From the NCBI GenBank assembly GCA_050298595.1, contig JBNKUM010000101.1, positions 32,001-96,000 on the forward strand: 64,000 nucleotides of DNA, given 5' to 3'. Positions 11,040 through 22,000 of this stretch are shown here, piece by piece. A program made the translations under genes and the position numbers. The first letter of the stretch is position 1, and each line of letters starts with the position of its first letter. The notes beneath the pieces were generated by a model. The model saw nothing but the letters and a program-made list of their open reading frames with translations, searched no databases and was not told the DNA's origin. Source of the DNA: Gammaproteobacteria bacterium (GTDB lineage Bacteria > Pseudomonadota > Gammaproteobacteria > GCA-001735895).

Positions 11040-11726
11040 CTATTTGTTGCGATCAAACTCACCGTATTGTAGAAAGTACAGGGTTTGACGAATCACTTCA
11101 GGGTTTTTCATCATGAAGGTATGAGTGACGGGCAGGGTGATAAAATCTCTCATACCTTCTATTTGCGTACTTTTCACGCTCACTTTGCCGTCATTGGGGC
11201 CAGGGATCAAGTTGGATAGCAACAGGTTGATACTGCGTTTTCCAGCGATTACGCCAAGTTCAAAATTGACTGGCCCCATTTTTTTAGGCAGGTCCTGTTC
11301 TGTCGTCCCCAGTTCACGTCCAGCGGGGCCATTGAGAAATGTATAACCAGGAAAGTCTTTTAACTTATCCACGGCTTCGCTACCTTTATTGGGCGGTCCC
11401 AGCATAACAACTCGTTCCAATGCTGGAATTTTGTGGGTTTGGCAATAATGGCGAAGCAGAATGCCGCCTAGTGAATGGGTGACGAAATTGACCCTGTCAG
11501 ATGGTTTTAGATGGCAACGTTCCAGGCCCTGTTCAACGGCTATCAGTGCAAGTTTCTCTACAGGCAATTCTCGCGATGGATAGCCAACATTGATCACCTG
11601 ATAACCCTGTTTTTGCAACGCCTTTTCCATTGCCTGCATCGATTGAGGTGTACGCGCCAGTCCGTGCAGTAGTATGACGTATAGTGCGGGTTTATCTGCC
11701 GTATTCATAGTTCTATCAGGAGTCAC
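11040..11726 (-). CDS. Alpha/beta-fold esterase/lipase
   Basis: LLHGL, THSLGG nucleophile elbow, NDGKV, HTFMM. Confidence 0.85.
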   Translation of the reverse strand: MTPDRTMNTADKPALYVILLHGLARTPQSMQAMEKALQKQGYQVINVGYPSRELPVEKLALIAVEQGLERCHLKPSDRVNFVTHSLGGILLRHYCQTHKIPALERVVMLGPPNKGSEAVDKLKDFPGYTFLNGPAGRELGTTEQDLPKKMGPVNFELGVIAGKRSINLLLSNLIPGPNDGKVSVKSTQIEGMRDFITLPVTHTFMMKNPEVIRQTLYFLQYGEFDRNK

Positions 11727-13146
11727 TTGCTAATGCCTGAGTCTGCCAGTGGCTGATAGAGTTAGCATAATACTTTATGACGGCTAAGGACTCAGGGTTA
11801 ACTCGATACTGTGCATTGTCGATATCAACAAACCCTCGGCCAGTTAACATATCCAGCGCCCGGGTCATCACATGTTCAAAGGTTACGATGGAGATATCTA
11901 TTGGCGCGCCGAGCTGCTCCAGTTGCTGCAAGCGCGTGAGTGCGCTAGCTTTTAATTCTAGCTCGCTGGGCCATTTTTCAGCATGATGCAGCAGGGTTTC
12001 ACACATCAGGGCTACCGGTAGAATCGGAATTACCTGAGCGATTTCATGCATTAGATTGTCTGTCAGATGTTTAATGCAGGTAAAACGCTGTGCTTCATCC
12101 AGTTGACTGAAATCGACAGACTGTTGCTGACAGTACTTTAAGGCAGACAGGGGTTTGCCAAAATTTACGCTGGCGTAACCAAAACGGTTCCAGCGAGATT
12201 TTCGATTCATAAGTAGTGTTTTTATGAAGAATTTGACACTGGTTTTAATTACAAACCATAGACTGCGTTGCTTCACATCGCTTTGCAGCCTGCGTATAAG
12301 GCTTTTATCTTCAATGACACGATCATAGTTGATGCCTACCGGGACAAATACAATATCGCGGTCAATGTCCGGGTGATAGTCACGTAGCATGTAATCCATG
12401 AAGCCCATTCTGGGCTCTCTCAATTTACCGTCGCGGGTTAATCCTCCTTCCAGAAACACCGCCTGAGTCACACCGGCTCGGGTCGACAGGTTGACGTATC
12501 TTTCGAGTACCCGCCGATACAGTGAATTGCGCGAATTACGCCGAACAAAAAAAGCCCCCATAGACTTGATCAGGGTTTGTAAAGGCCAGATTCTTGCCCA
12601 TTCACCCACAGCATAGGAGAGGGCTGTTTTTTCCGCAATCAGGAAAGAAACCAGTACATAGTCCATATTACTGCGGTGATTCATCACAAATACCACGCTG
12701 CTACCTTCAGGGATATTTTTCAGCTGATGGTCATCATAGAAGCCCACCCGAACACGATAAATCAACCGGCCAATCTTTTTTGCCAGCCAGTAACCCAGGC
12801 GAAAATAGATATAGGCGTTGAAAGAAGGCGCTATCTCTTCGGCGTAAAGCAACGCCTTGGCCTGAGCGACTTCCTTGGGCATGTTGTTTTGCTGAGCATA
12901 TTCCTTGATAGCTGCGATTACCTTATCATCGAAGATGAGTTGATCGATCAATGCCTGTTTGCGCGTTAGCTGAAAGGGGCGGATCTCAATATCCAGACGT
13001 GTATTAACCTCTTCAATGACTCGATTAACGCGTTTGCGCAGGTACCAGCGCATACCAGGTAACAGGACTCTATCCAGAATCAGGATGACGGCCAATAGTA
13101 ATAGAAGGGTAAAAAACCAGTAAGGAAGTGTGATTGAGTGTTCCAT
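11716..13146 (-). CDS. Glycerol-3-phosphate/1-acylglycerol-3-phosphate acyltransferase family protein
   Basis: NHRSNMD (HX4D), FFVRR, FLEGGLTRDG. Confidence 0.85.
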   Translation of the reverse strand: MEHSITLPYWFFTLLLLLAVILILDRVLLPGMRWYLRKRVNRVIEEVNTRLDIEIRPFQLTRKQALIDQLIFDDKVIAAIKEYAQQNNMPKEVAQAKALLYAEEIAPSFNAYIYFRLGYWLAKKIGRLIYRVRVGFYDDHQLKNIPEGSSVVFVMNHRSNMDYVLVSFLIAEKTALSYAVGEWARIWPLQTLIKSMGAFFVRRNSRNSLYRRVLERYVNLSTRAGVTQAVFLEGGLTRDGKLREPRMGFMDYMLRDYHPDIDRDIVFVPVGINYDRVIEDKSLIRRLQSDVKQRSLWFVIKTSVKFFIKTLLMNRKSRWNRFGYASVNFGKPLSALKYCQQQSVDFSQLDEAQRFTCIKHLTDNLMHEIAQVIPILPVALMCETLLHHAEKWPSELELKASALTRLQQLEQLGAPIDISIVTFEHVMTRALDMLTGRGFVDIDNAQYRVNPESLAVIKYYANSISHWQTQALASDS

Positions 13147-13205
13147 GTTAGTTTATTATTATTCAATTCTCTATAAAGTATCAGATTTAGTGTTGTAGAT
13201 AAAAC

Positions 13206-13907
13206 ATGAAACCCATATTGATTTTTACACATGCCGATTGTGAGCCGCCGGGTTATTTTACCGCGTTACTTGATTTGCTGAGCTTACCTTACCGGCAAAC
13301 CTGCCTGTTAGTGGGTAAATCTAGCGCTATTAACCCTAAAGACTATGCGGGTCTGGTTTTTATGGGTGGCCCTGGTGATGTCAATCATCCAGATGACTGG
13401 ATGATACTTGAAATCGCCATTATTCATCGCGCTTTGCAGCAGGATGTACCCGTGCTTGGTATCTGCCTGGGCGCACAGATGATGTGTCTGGCCATGGGTG
13501 GGCAGGTTAAGCAGGGTGATGCGGTAGAGGTTGGCTGGCATGAGGTTAGGCTGACAGAAGCAGGGCTTAGGCATCATTATTTTACCGGTATACCTGCCAG
13601 TTTTACGCCGTTCCACTGGCATGCTCACCACTGCATACCACCCAATGACGCAACCATTCTTGCACAAAGCGACTGTACCGGGAGTCAGGCCTTCGTACGA
13701 GGTAAACATCTGGCTATTCAGTTTCATCTGGAGATGGATGTAAACACTATTCAGGGTCTGATCACCAAATTCAGTAGCGATTTAAAAGGGGATTCTCCCT
13801 GTGTTCAAAAAAAGGAACAGATTCTTGATGATATCGAAAACCGTTGCCTGCAAAATTTTCGCATAGCCGACATTACGGTGGCGAAGTGGTTTAATTCGTT
13901 GTATTAG
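13206..13907 (+). CDS. Type 1 glutamine amidotransferase
   Basis: MGGP, LGICLGAQ (catalytic Cys), QFHLE. Confidence 0.88.
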   Translation: MKPILIFTHADCEPPGYFTALLDLLSLPYRQTCLLVGKSSAINPKDYAGLVFMGGPGDVNHPDDWMILEIAIIHRALQQDVPVLGICLGAQMMCLAMGGQVKQGDAVEVGWHEVRLTEAGLRHHYFTGIPASFTPFHWHAHHCIPPNDATILAQSDCTGSQAFVRGKHLAIQFHLEMDVNTIQGLITKFSSDLKGDSPCVQKKEQILDDIENRCLQNFRIADITVAKWFNSLY

Positions 13908-14671
13908 GGCCTGTTAACATTCAGTAATCCCAGGATACAGATCGTCAGTAATACCACTCCCAGAATCCGTTTGAAGCCCTCATCGTTAGTCAATAGATAC
14001 TCGTGTGTTTTTAATCCCATGACATGACCGATAGTTACTATCGGTACCAGGATTAAGGCGCTGGCAAATTGAAGGTCAACATTAAAAGCCGAGAATGTGC
14101 CAAGTTTAATGGCGACCAGGATAATCCATAATACAAACAAGGTATTACGCAGCTTTTCTCGGGCGATATGGTTCATGAATACCGCTACAATTAAAGGAGC
14201 ACCGGTTAAAGAAGTCCCTGACACATAACCCCCAATAACGAGTAGAACCTTGTCGCTCCAGCCGGATTGGCTGCGTATGCTCAGTCGGAATATCCATAAA
14301 ACTGAATAAAACAGGGTAATGCAATAGATGATGATTACCAGCCATTGATTGGGCAGGTTGAGCAGTCCAAAGACCCCCGCCAGTTTTGCGGGGAATATAT
14401 AGATGCTGGATTTTTTCAGGTAGTCCCAGTCGACATTTTTGATCCGGGTGAGCAGTGTCATGCTGGTGAATATGAGTAGATGTATACCAATAATGGGTAA
14501 CCAGAAAATGGGCCGATCATAAACCATTAACATCAGTGGCAGACCCAGTGCCGCACCACCAAACCCCAGGCCACTACGCACGAATCCCGACCAGATAAAT
14601 ATTAATGTAGTCAGAATCATCTGAGTGGTTGTAAATTCAAAGAATTGAGATTGCTGAAAAAAATCTAGCAT
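13904..14671 (-). CDS. TauE/SafE (sulfite exporter) family membrane protein
   Basis: WSGFVRSGLGFGGA, GGYVSGTSLTGAP; start moved to ATG at 14671 because the longer ORF runs into the riboswitch-like region. Confidence 0.8.
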   Translation of the reverse strand: MLDFFQQSQFFEFTTTQMILTTLIFIWSGFVRSGLGFGGAALGLPLMLMVYDRPIFWLPIIGIHLLIFTSMTLLTRIKNVDWDYLKKSSIYIFPAKLAGVFGLLNLPNQWLVIIIYCITLFYSVLWIFRLSIRSQSGWSDKVLLVIGGYVSGTSLTGAPLIVAVFMNHIAREKLRNTLFVLWIILVAIKLGTFSAFNVDLQFASALILVPIVTIGHVMGLKTHEYLLTNDEGFKRILGVVLLTICILGLLNVNRP

Positions 14672-14779
14672 GTAATAAAAAGCCTGTAGCAGGAAAAAGC
14701 CCGAATTAAAAACCGTCGCAGTATAACTGAAAATAAACTTTCCAAAAGCCAACTGATTCTGTGTCTTTGCGCTTAGTTT

Positions 14780-14915
14780 AAAGCTGTCCATAAAAATAGA
14801 TAGAACGGGAAGTCGCTGCAAAGCTTACCGTCTTCAATCCCGTACCGTCCCCCGCAACGGTAAATAGTTTAACAATCAAGAAACCACTGTTCATGAGTAT
14901 AGGAAGGTTAGATTG
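14780..14915 (+). promoter_or_regulatory. Degenerate cobalamin (B12) riboswitch
   Basis: Ordered motifs CGGGAA (14806), CCCCCGCAACGGTAA (14849), CCACTG (14884), AGGAAGG (14901); 3' B12-box not recognisable; lies upstream of a btuB-like relic. Confidence 0.65.
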
Positions 14916-14996
14916 GGGGAACTTTATACAACTAACTTATGCAACGTAATCGACAGACTACAAGATTCGGCCTGAATCGCAAATAGTCTCAAGTGG

Positions 14997-15203
14997 TTTC
15001 TATTACGTGCATGCGATAATGAAGCCAATCACCCGCTGGTATTAATCCATGGCGTCAGGATGAGTCATGCTACTGATGGTAAATTTGATTTCGCCAACCT
15101 GAGAATGGAGTCGATATAAACTAGCGAGTTCTTAATGGGGCCGTAGCCAGCTTTCTATGGTGGTTATGCTGTTGCGGGAGTGATTTAATATTAGCACAAA
15201 AAA
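14997..15203 (+). pseudogene. BtuB-like TonB-dependent receptor plug-domain relic
   Basis: From 15021 translates EANHPLVLIHGVRMSHATDGKFDFANLRMESI*TSEFLMGP*PAFYGGYAVAGVI, matching the plug consensus LVLIDGV...IE(V)LRGP.SALYG..A.GGVINI with two stops. Confidence 0.75.
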
Positions 15204-15278
15204 TGTGTGGTGATTTCTGCGGGTATATCGCAGGATTTTGGCGAATCAGCCTCAGGTATTATAGCTTGCTAGAAATGA

Positions 15279-15551
15279 TTAGCCGGTAATAAAAGAGCCT
15301 GGAACAGGCGTTTGAATTTCCTGATATTCAACTTTTGATACCTGAGCCATCTCAGGCCCATGATCTAACCATGTAAGTAGTTGTCTGACATTTTCTTCTG
15401 TACCACAGGCGAGAACCTCAACTCGTCCATCTGTCAGATTAATTGCATGTCCCGTTATACCCAGTTTTTGTGCTTGTTGCCGCGTAGACTGGCGAAAAAA
15501 TACACCCTGAACTCGGCCGGATACCATTACTTTCACACATATTTTATTCAT
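15279..15551 (-). CDS. acyP: Acylphosphatase
   Basis: VSGRVQGVFFR, GHAINLTDGRVE. Confidence 0.93.
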   Translation of the reverse strand: MNKICVKVMVSGRVQGVFFRQSTRQQAQKLGITGHAINLTDGRVEVLACGTEENVRQLLTWLDHGPEMAQVSKVEYQEIQTPVPGSFITG

Positions 15552-15689
15552 ATTCCAATTCTTATCGTAATTTTCTCTTTAATCAATTATTGCACTAAAA
15601 CATGTGTATCAATACTAAAAATTAGCCCAATTCTTAAGGGTAATCAGCTATAGTCCCGCCATGCAAAATACCTGTTTTTCTAAAATCTA

Positions 15690-15848
15690 GAAGCCTGTTA
15701 AGTTTAGGTGATCGTAGCGAGGGAATGACATTTTGAGACCAATATTTCGATCATTTGAGGCGAATAGTAAGCCTATTTAACGAAAATGATCGGATTGTTG
15801 GCCAAAATGCCTTTTCTACAGTAGATGCATCCTAAATCTGACAGGCTC
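15690..15848. mobile_element. MITE/ERIC-like palindromic element (about 160 bp)
   Basis: Terminal inverted repeats AAGCCTGTTAAGTTTAGG / CCTAAATCTGACAGGCTC; internal stem GATCATTT...GAATAG-taagc-CTATTT...AAAATGATC. Confidence 0.7.
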
Positions 15849-15850
15849 AT

Positions 15851-15945
15851 GGGTTGAACTAAATATTGTGGCCGAAGGTGTAGAGAATGAGCAGCAACTC
15901 AATCATCTGAGAGAACTAGCTGTGATGAATATCAGGGCTATATGG
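15851..15945 (+). pseudogene. EAL-domain C-terminal relic
   Basis: LELNIVAEGVENEQQLNHLREL then, after a frameshift, CDEYQGY. Confidence 0.75.
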
Positions 15946-16640
15946 GTCTTTATCCAGATAAACTGGCTTAATCAGGCCGCGGTAATCTGGTTTTTTTGTG
16001 CTTCCGAGGCCACTCAATGTACACCAAGCATGCAGCAAAAAATACCCACAGCATCACTAGCACCATGCACTTCTATGGATGGAACGCATGCTTGAGCGAA
16101 AGATACGCATAACTGATACCAGTACCATCGCCAATCTGGAATGTATCATCGCCTTTTTTGTATCCACTACTATACTGATTCTGGCAGGACTGGTAACCGT
16201 TCTGGTTCCTACTGAACAAGCCATTAATGAGATATCGGATATCCCTTTGCCAGTAATTCAACCACCGATGAATGAGAGATGAAGTTACTGTTACTGGTTA
16301 TTATCTTCAGCTATGTATTTTTCAAGTTTATCTGGAGTTTGCGACAATATGGTATTACCTCAATCATGATAAGTGGGTCACCAATGCCCGTAGACAATAT
16401 CAACGACCAGGCTCGAATCTCATTTGCTAAGCGAAATACCCGTATGTTATCGCTGGCAGCAAACAATCTTAACTCGGGATTAAGAACCTATTACTTCAGT
16501 CTCAGCGTACCTGGATGTTTATAAACCCCTGGATATTCATCTGCATTAGCGCGATGATTATCTGGTTGTTATACTGACGTGAATTCAAATCCAGAACTCT
16601 GGATGAATTAAGTGTCAGCAAGGCTGAACCTGAAAAATAG
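15941..16640 (+). pseudogene. DUF599-family membrane protein, multiply frameshifted
   Basis: Fragments MLERKIRITDTSTIANL..FFVSTTILILAGL, FFKFIWSLRQY, NSGLRTYYFSL, REFKSRTL in different frames. Confidence 0.75.
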
Positions 16641-16695
16641 CTAAGCAGAATAGCTGTTTATTTGATAAAATCCTGCAGAAATAAAGCGTAAAAAA

Positions 16696-16772
16696 CGGGG
16701 TGTAGCTCAGTCTGGTAGAGCACTGTCTTCGGGAGGCAGGGGCCGGAGGTTCAAATCCTCTCACCCCGACCA
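16696..16772 (+). tRNA. tRNA-Pro(CGG)
   Basis: CGGGGTG acceptor stem pairs with CACCCCG-A-CCA; D-arm GCTCAGTCTGGTAGAGC; anticodon arm CTGTC-TTCGGGA-GGCAG; GGTTCAAATCC T-loop. Confidence 0.97.
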
Positions 16773-16831
16773 GTTTAAAGAGCAAAGTAGTTTCAGTTAT
16801 ATCTAATCTAATCTAATCGAAGTCAAGATGA

Positions 16832-17045
16832 GAAGACGTGCCATGTAAGTTAGCTTCAGATCAATAGCTCAAGGATATACCCATAATAACAGGCACCACC
16901 AAGATCATTTAGCGATTACGATAAGAAGGGTGTAGAGAGAGATGGAGCGATGGCAAAAGCCTACCTTAGTGGGCTCTATAAAATTGAAGCAGGTTGGGGA
17001 GTATTTTAGGTGCAGCTATATAACGGTAAGTTGGGCTGTAAATGT
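16832..17045 (+). pseudogene. C-terminal relic of a Y1/RAYT-like transposase (HTH tail)
   Basis: EDVPCKLASDQ*LKDIP ... SDYDKKGVERDGAMAKAYLSGLY(fs)LKQVGEYFRCSYITVSWAV resembles the C-terminus of MARPLRIEF-type transposases. Confidence 0.65.
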
Positions 17046-17365
17046 TTATAATACCTTACATTTAACTGTAATAAATAAGTATTGGGTCCCCAGAATCCTA
17101 CACCTTAAAAACATGAATTGATCAGAGTTCCCCTAATCAATAGTAAGTCTAATATCTGCCGACTGTACTCATTTAAGGTTTATTAATGATTGATTACCGA
17201 GTCATCCATATTCAGAAGTTGTCGGTCACTTAGGAGTCCTTGTGCCGCCATTTATTACAGGTCCCTGGGAGCTATAGAATCTTGACTGGATTTCAGAGAA
17301 TGATATTGGCAGATAGGTCTTTGTATACTTCTTTTACCCTCTATTGGTCATCTGAAGATCCATTT

Positions 17366-18625
17366 TTACAGTTCAGGTATTTTATCTAACCAGGCCTGAA
17401 AATATGTAGATCGAACTATATGATTTGTATTTTCAGGCCAACGTCGCAGAATTTCATGCTTAATTTGGTTTAGACGGTAGAGTGTTTCACGAGCCATGGA
17501 CTCCATTTCCATAAGTTCATCCCTTGAGTCTCCAAGTTGCTCAATTAGTGAGGGTGCCTCATCAGGTTTTATACCTGAGCTGGAAATTTGTAAACATAAA
17601 GCATTGATCTGATTTTGCGCGAACTTAAATGCGGCCGATTTTTGATCGACCTGACTGGAAACTGATTCATTAAAAAACTTATAAATATTTAAAATTACTG
17701 CCCAGTTATCGCGTAGTTGCTCTTTGTTTAATGTCTCCGTCGGACTGTCGAGGGTTTGCTGTTGTTTAAATAATGCGACCATTATCTTGATCAGCGACGC
17801 GTCCAACTTCCCTCTATTGGTTTTGATACTGATAATGAGTTGATTCCAATCAGGGGTGCTCTTACTTTGTTCAAGTAGAGCTACAGAAATGTCGGCAACG
17901 GCTAGAACTCTGCCATAGAGACTTAACTCGGAAATACCGCGGGGGTATCCTGAACCATCCAGCCTTTCATGATGCTCAAAAACAGCGAGTGATACTTCGG
18001 GTTTATATTCTGGGAACTCTTGCAGAATCAGATGAATTATTATGGGGTGTGAGTAGATCTGGCGCCTGAGCTCTGGCGTTAGCCGGGTTTGTCGATCTGT
18101 CAGTGTGGGGTCAATATGCATTTCTCCAAGGTCATGAAAAAGACCTGCAGTAGCTAATTTAATTAATTGATCTTCAGCCAGTGATTTTTCAGTACCGAGG
18201 AAGAGAGATGCCAGTGAGGTGCAGATTGAATGTCGAAACTTTTCTGGCGCCTGAGAACGAGTGATGGTCAACTTATTAGACATGGTACAATTTAATGGTA
18301 TTTTTTTGAAAATACGAACTGCAAGTTTTGGGTCACTTAATGTACGGGCAAAAAAACCAATGTTGAAATCGGAATCTATCAATTTCTCAAATTCTTCAAC
18401 GAGAGTGATATTAGATACGCTATTTTCAATTTTTAAACTGTTATCTATTGGTTTTAAAAGTTTATTTTTGAGAAGTTTCTGATACACGCTTTGGTTGATT
18501 TTCGCGCCGGAAGCTAACAGTTTTACTCCTCTTTCATTGTATATGTCTTCGGTCGTTGAAATATTTAAAGACTCTGATGCGCCTATCAGATTTTTGATGT
18601 AGTTATGACTATCCTGTTCGGACAT
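17366..18625 (-). CDS. HD-GYP domain phosphodiesterase-like protein
   Basis: GLFHDLG, HP, HHERLDGSGYPRG, LAVAD. Confidence 0.9.
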   Translation of the reverse strand: MSEQDSHNYIKNLIGASESLNISTTEDIYNERGVKLLASGAKINQSVYQKLLKNKLLKPIDNSLKIENSVSNITLVEEFEKLIDSDFNIGFFARTLSDPKLAVRIFKKIPLNCTMSNKLTITRSQAPEKFRHSICTSLASLFLGTEKSLAEDQLIKLATAGLFHDLGEMHIDPTLTDRQTRLTPELRRQIYSHPIIIHLILQEFPEYKPEVSLAVFEHHERLDGSGYPRGISELSLYGRVLAVADISVALLEQSKSTPDWNQLIISIKTNRGKLDASLIKIMVALFKQQQTLDSPTETLNKEQLRDNWAVILNIYKFFNESVSSQVDQKSAAFKFAQNQINALCLQISSSGIKPDEAPSLIEQLGDSRDELMEMESMARETLYRLNQIKHEILRRWPENTNHIVRSTYFQAWLDKIPEL

Positions 18626-19030
18626 TAGATTACCTGTATCACTAGTCGTAGTAATTATTCAATTATGGGTGGTCGGTAATACTAACTAGCCTAAAAAATA
18701 CTATAGTCTAAGTTCACGCCAAGAAATTTAATGTGACGAAGTGGCAATAGGAGAGCGATTTATAAGTATTTAAAAAGTATAATCCGCCATTTTATGCCTC
18801 CGCCTATCTCATTATAATTTTGCTATTTAAAGATGTCCATCTAATCAAAACTAACTAGATTCATGTGTCTCCCCTTATCTGTAGTTACCTACAAGCTATA
18901 GGGAATGACTCAGATGGGTCGTCCTGATCCAATACAGTTATTATCACGCGGAATATTTCAAATTTGATCTCTATTAAAAATGAATTCCATTATTGAATGC
19001 TCTTTATATTTAGCGCTAAATAATCACCAG

Positions 19031-22000
19031 CTAAATAGCTTCCAGTTTAGTAATAAGTGAGCGGAATGCCTCACAATGACCATCGATTAGCTCATAGGGA
19101 AACATAAAGACCGGATCAATATTTGGCACTGCTCTCTTTAGCTGAAAATAGTAATCGATAATCGCTTCACTTGAGTTGTTCTCTGCACCGAAACCAGCTA
19201 AATCCACTATTCCTATGGTTTTCCTGATATCCTTAGTAAAGGCGATCATGTCGACAACCTTCAAAGGGTCTCCAACGACAATGTCTGTACGAATATCTAT
19301 ACTTTGTGTCTGTATGCGCCTCAGAGCCTCCTTTGTTCCGCGTTGGCCTGAACTATTTAACGCAAACTTTAACAGGCTTAGAAATAGCGATACATTCTCA
19401 TCACTAACCGCACTTTGTTCTGAATCACTATTTTGCTGCTGTCGCAACAATGCTTGCGAAAGATAGTGGGTAATATTTGATCGCCTATGCTCTAACTGTT
19501 CAAAATTGCGGTGAAGAAAGTGAAAAGCTTTCTTTTTGGGCCTGCTCATGAGTACATTAAGCTCACCTTTGCGCTTGTCTTCATCGTCACCCTGCGAAAA
19601 TGCAGCGAGATTATAACGAGTGACATCCCATAGATAGAAGATATAATCTCGCTCCTTTCCTTGCAGTGCGGCGCCGGCTCCGTCAAGCAAAACTTCACCA
19701 CGTTTTAGCTTATTCAGAAGTTTGTCTTTTACGTGCTTGATATAGGGTTCATTTTTCATCAAAAAATAACATAGTGCGACATCGGTATCTATGTTGATCT
19801 TCTTGCCGCTAGTTGTTTCAATCTCTGCAATGGAGCGCTCTACGTAATCCATAAAGCGATCTATCATTTGTGTTTCGATGCCTTTAAATTTTCCGCTGGT
19901 TGCTTTTTTTGACGTTTCAACCTGAAACTCACTGGTATCCACCACTACAGGGCAGGGATGTTCCGGCAATCGCCACTGCATAACCTTCAGTTCATCCTCA
20001 TAAACATATTTATTCGAAAACTCTATAATCTCTGGTGGACAACGGTAGTGCTCATCTAGCATTACCGAAGCCTGCTTTATAGATTTAACTAAGGCAAATA
20101 TATGAGACCCGCCGCCTTTAAATCCGCGCGCTTGTGTAGATCTTAAGTGTTCGTCCAGTTCATGGTCTTTAAATAGATAGTCGTCAGTACTCGAATTCTT
20201 TTGTAATACGGTCTGTTTGTCATCACCGACAACCAGGAGTTTTTTTGCTCGAAAAAGCAATGACATGGCATCATCAACTCGACACTGTGTCGCTTCGTCA
20301 ATAATGACCAAATCGAAGGATTGTTCTTTACAGGGCAGCAAAAAAGGTACTACCTGTTTGCGTACAATCCAGATTGGAAATGTTTCGTAAAGAGCTTCTT
20401 TAAACTCATCAAAAACTGCTCCGCTTTTTGGTATCGAAGAAAATTGCTTTAGATCCTCTATTAGAGCCATGATTCGAGTCGAGGCATCGGTTCCGCTACT
20501 GTGCTTAGTTGTTGTAGCGTGTTGTGCTATTTCATGTAAACAAGCAACTAAACGCTCGTAAACTAATTGGTCTCGCTGCTCATACACCTTGGCTATTTTT
20601 TCCAGATCACTTTGAATTGAAGTGTGTGTGTTGCTTGCTGCACTGTTAAAATTTCTAGATACGCTGAAAAACAATGCCAGGGCCTGATTAGGACGATCAT
20701 TAAGCCGAATGGATTCGTGGATCTCTCTTAACAATTTCCATAAATCAGCTGAGCAGCTTTTGGAGAATTTCAGTATTTGGACCTGATTGTTCACCATCTC
20801 TAATAAAAGCTGAGCCTGCCTTTGCAGTTCACTGCGAAATCCTATGCGTAATTTCTGTTCTACGCGTGTTAAGACTCTCCTGGATTTTAGGAGCTGTTCT
20901 TCAAATACTGTTTCAAGGTGGCGAATCAATTCGTGTCGCATAGATGTTCCGAGTAATTCGAGAAAATCCTCTTTAGACTCGATCATAGATTTTGATAGTT
21001 TCGAGAGAATCGAAATATCACCTTTTAAGATTGAAATGTCTTCGTTTGTGCGAGATGGATCAGCGTTTACCGATGAAAGATTGAAGTAACTGTAACACTG
21101 CTCCATGTTAGCTTTAATGAGTTGTCTTCGGTTGTTGATAAAGTTAGAGATCAAGGTGCGATGTTTATTTTTAGAGTCGAGCAGTATTTCTAAAAACTCA
21201 ACTAGACTGGAAGTATTTGTCTGAAATTCATACTTGTGAGGCTCAATATTTTCAAAAGGTAGGTCACTGCCCATATGGAGAGACAGTTTATTATTAATAG
21301 TGGCGTCCAATTGAGCTAATTGTTGATCTAAAGTCTGAAGTTTTTTTTCAATGTTTTCACGGATGTTTATCGTACCCACGTTACTGGTTTTAAGGGGTTT
21401 AACCAGTTTATCGAGTACCTCAGTTAGATTGGTATTATTAACATCTATTTCATCAACTATTTTGATAGCGTTGAATAGCAGATCGTTATGACTCCTACCG
21501 CTAGAGTGTCCATTGCGCTCGCTCGAAAGATATTGCTGAATCTTTTCTACTAAAGCTTCTATTGCACCTTTTTGATCACTAACAATGAGTGCACGTTTTT
21601 TATTGCAAATACACTGAAGCAATAAATTCATTATTGTGTGTGTTTTGCCTGTACCCGGTGGCCCCTCAAGCAGCAGCAGGTCATGGCATTGAAGTCGTTC
21701 AAATAGTTTACGTGTGCTTTGCGGTAGTCTGCCGGGGACCCACGTCAGATCATCTAACCAGGTATCATTATGTGTCTTAGCTGTAAGTTCAGGTGTCAAA
21801 AATCTGCCTAATAAAGAATCGTAAAATCGATTCATCTTTTGATGGGCAATATGATGAATGCGATCAAGATCGTGTTCGAGCGCCTGATCGATCGGTGCTT
21901 GTAGCTTGGGGGCGCGATATAAATTAACACTGAACAAATCACATTCAACACCATTGAACTTAAGACCACCAAGTATTCCTCCTAAGCCATTTTCGTCGGC

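Noticed and set aside
14672-14821. N-terminal extension of the TauE ORF
   Set aside because: Not membrane-protein-like and overlaps the riboswitch-like sequence on the other strand
16799-16818. ATCTA short tandem repeat after the tRNA
   Set aside because: Only about four units, non-coding, with no evidence of a phase-variation role
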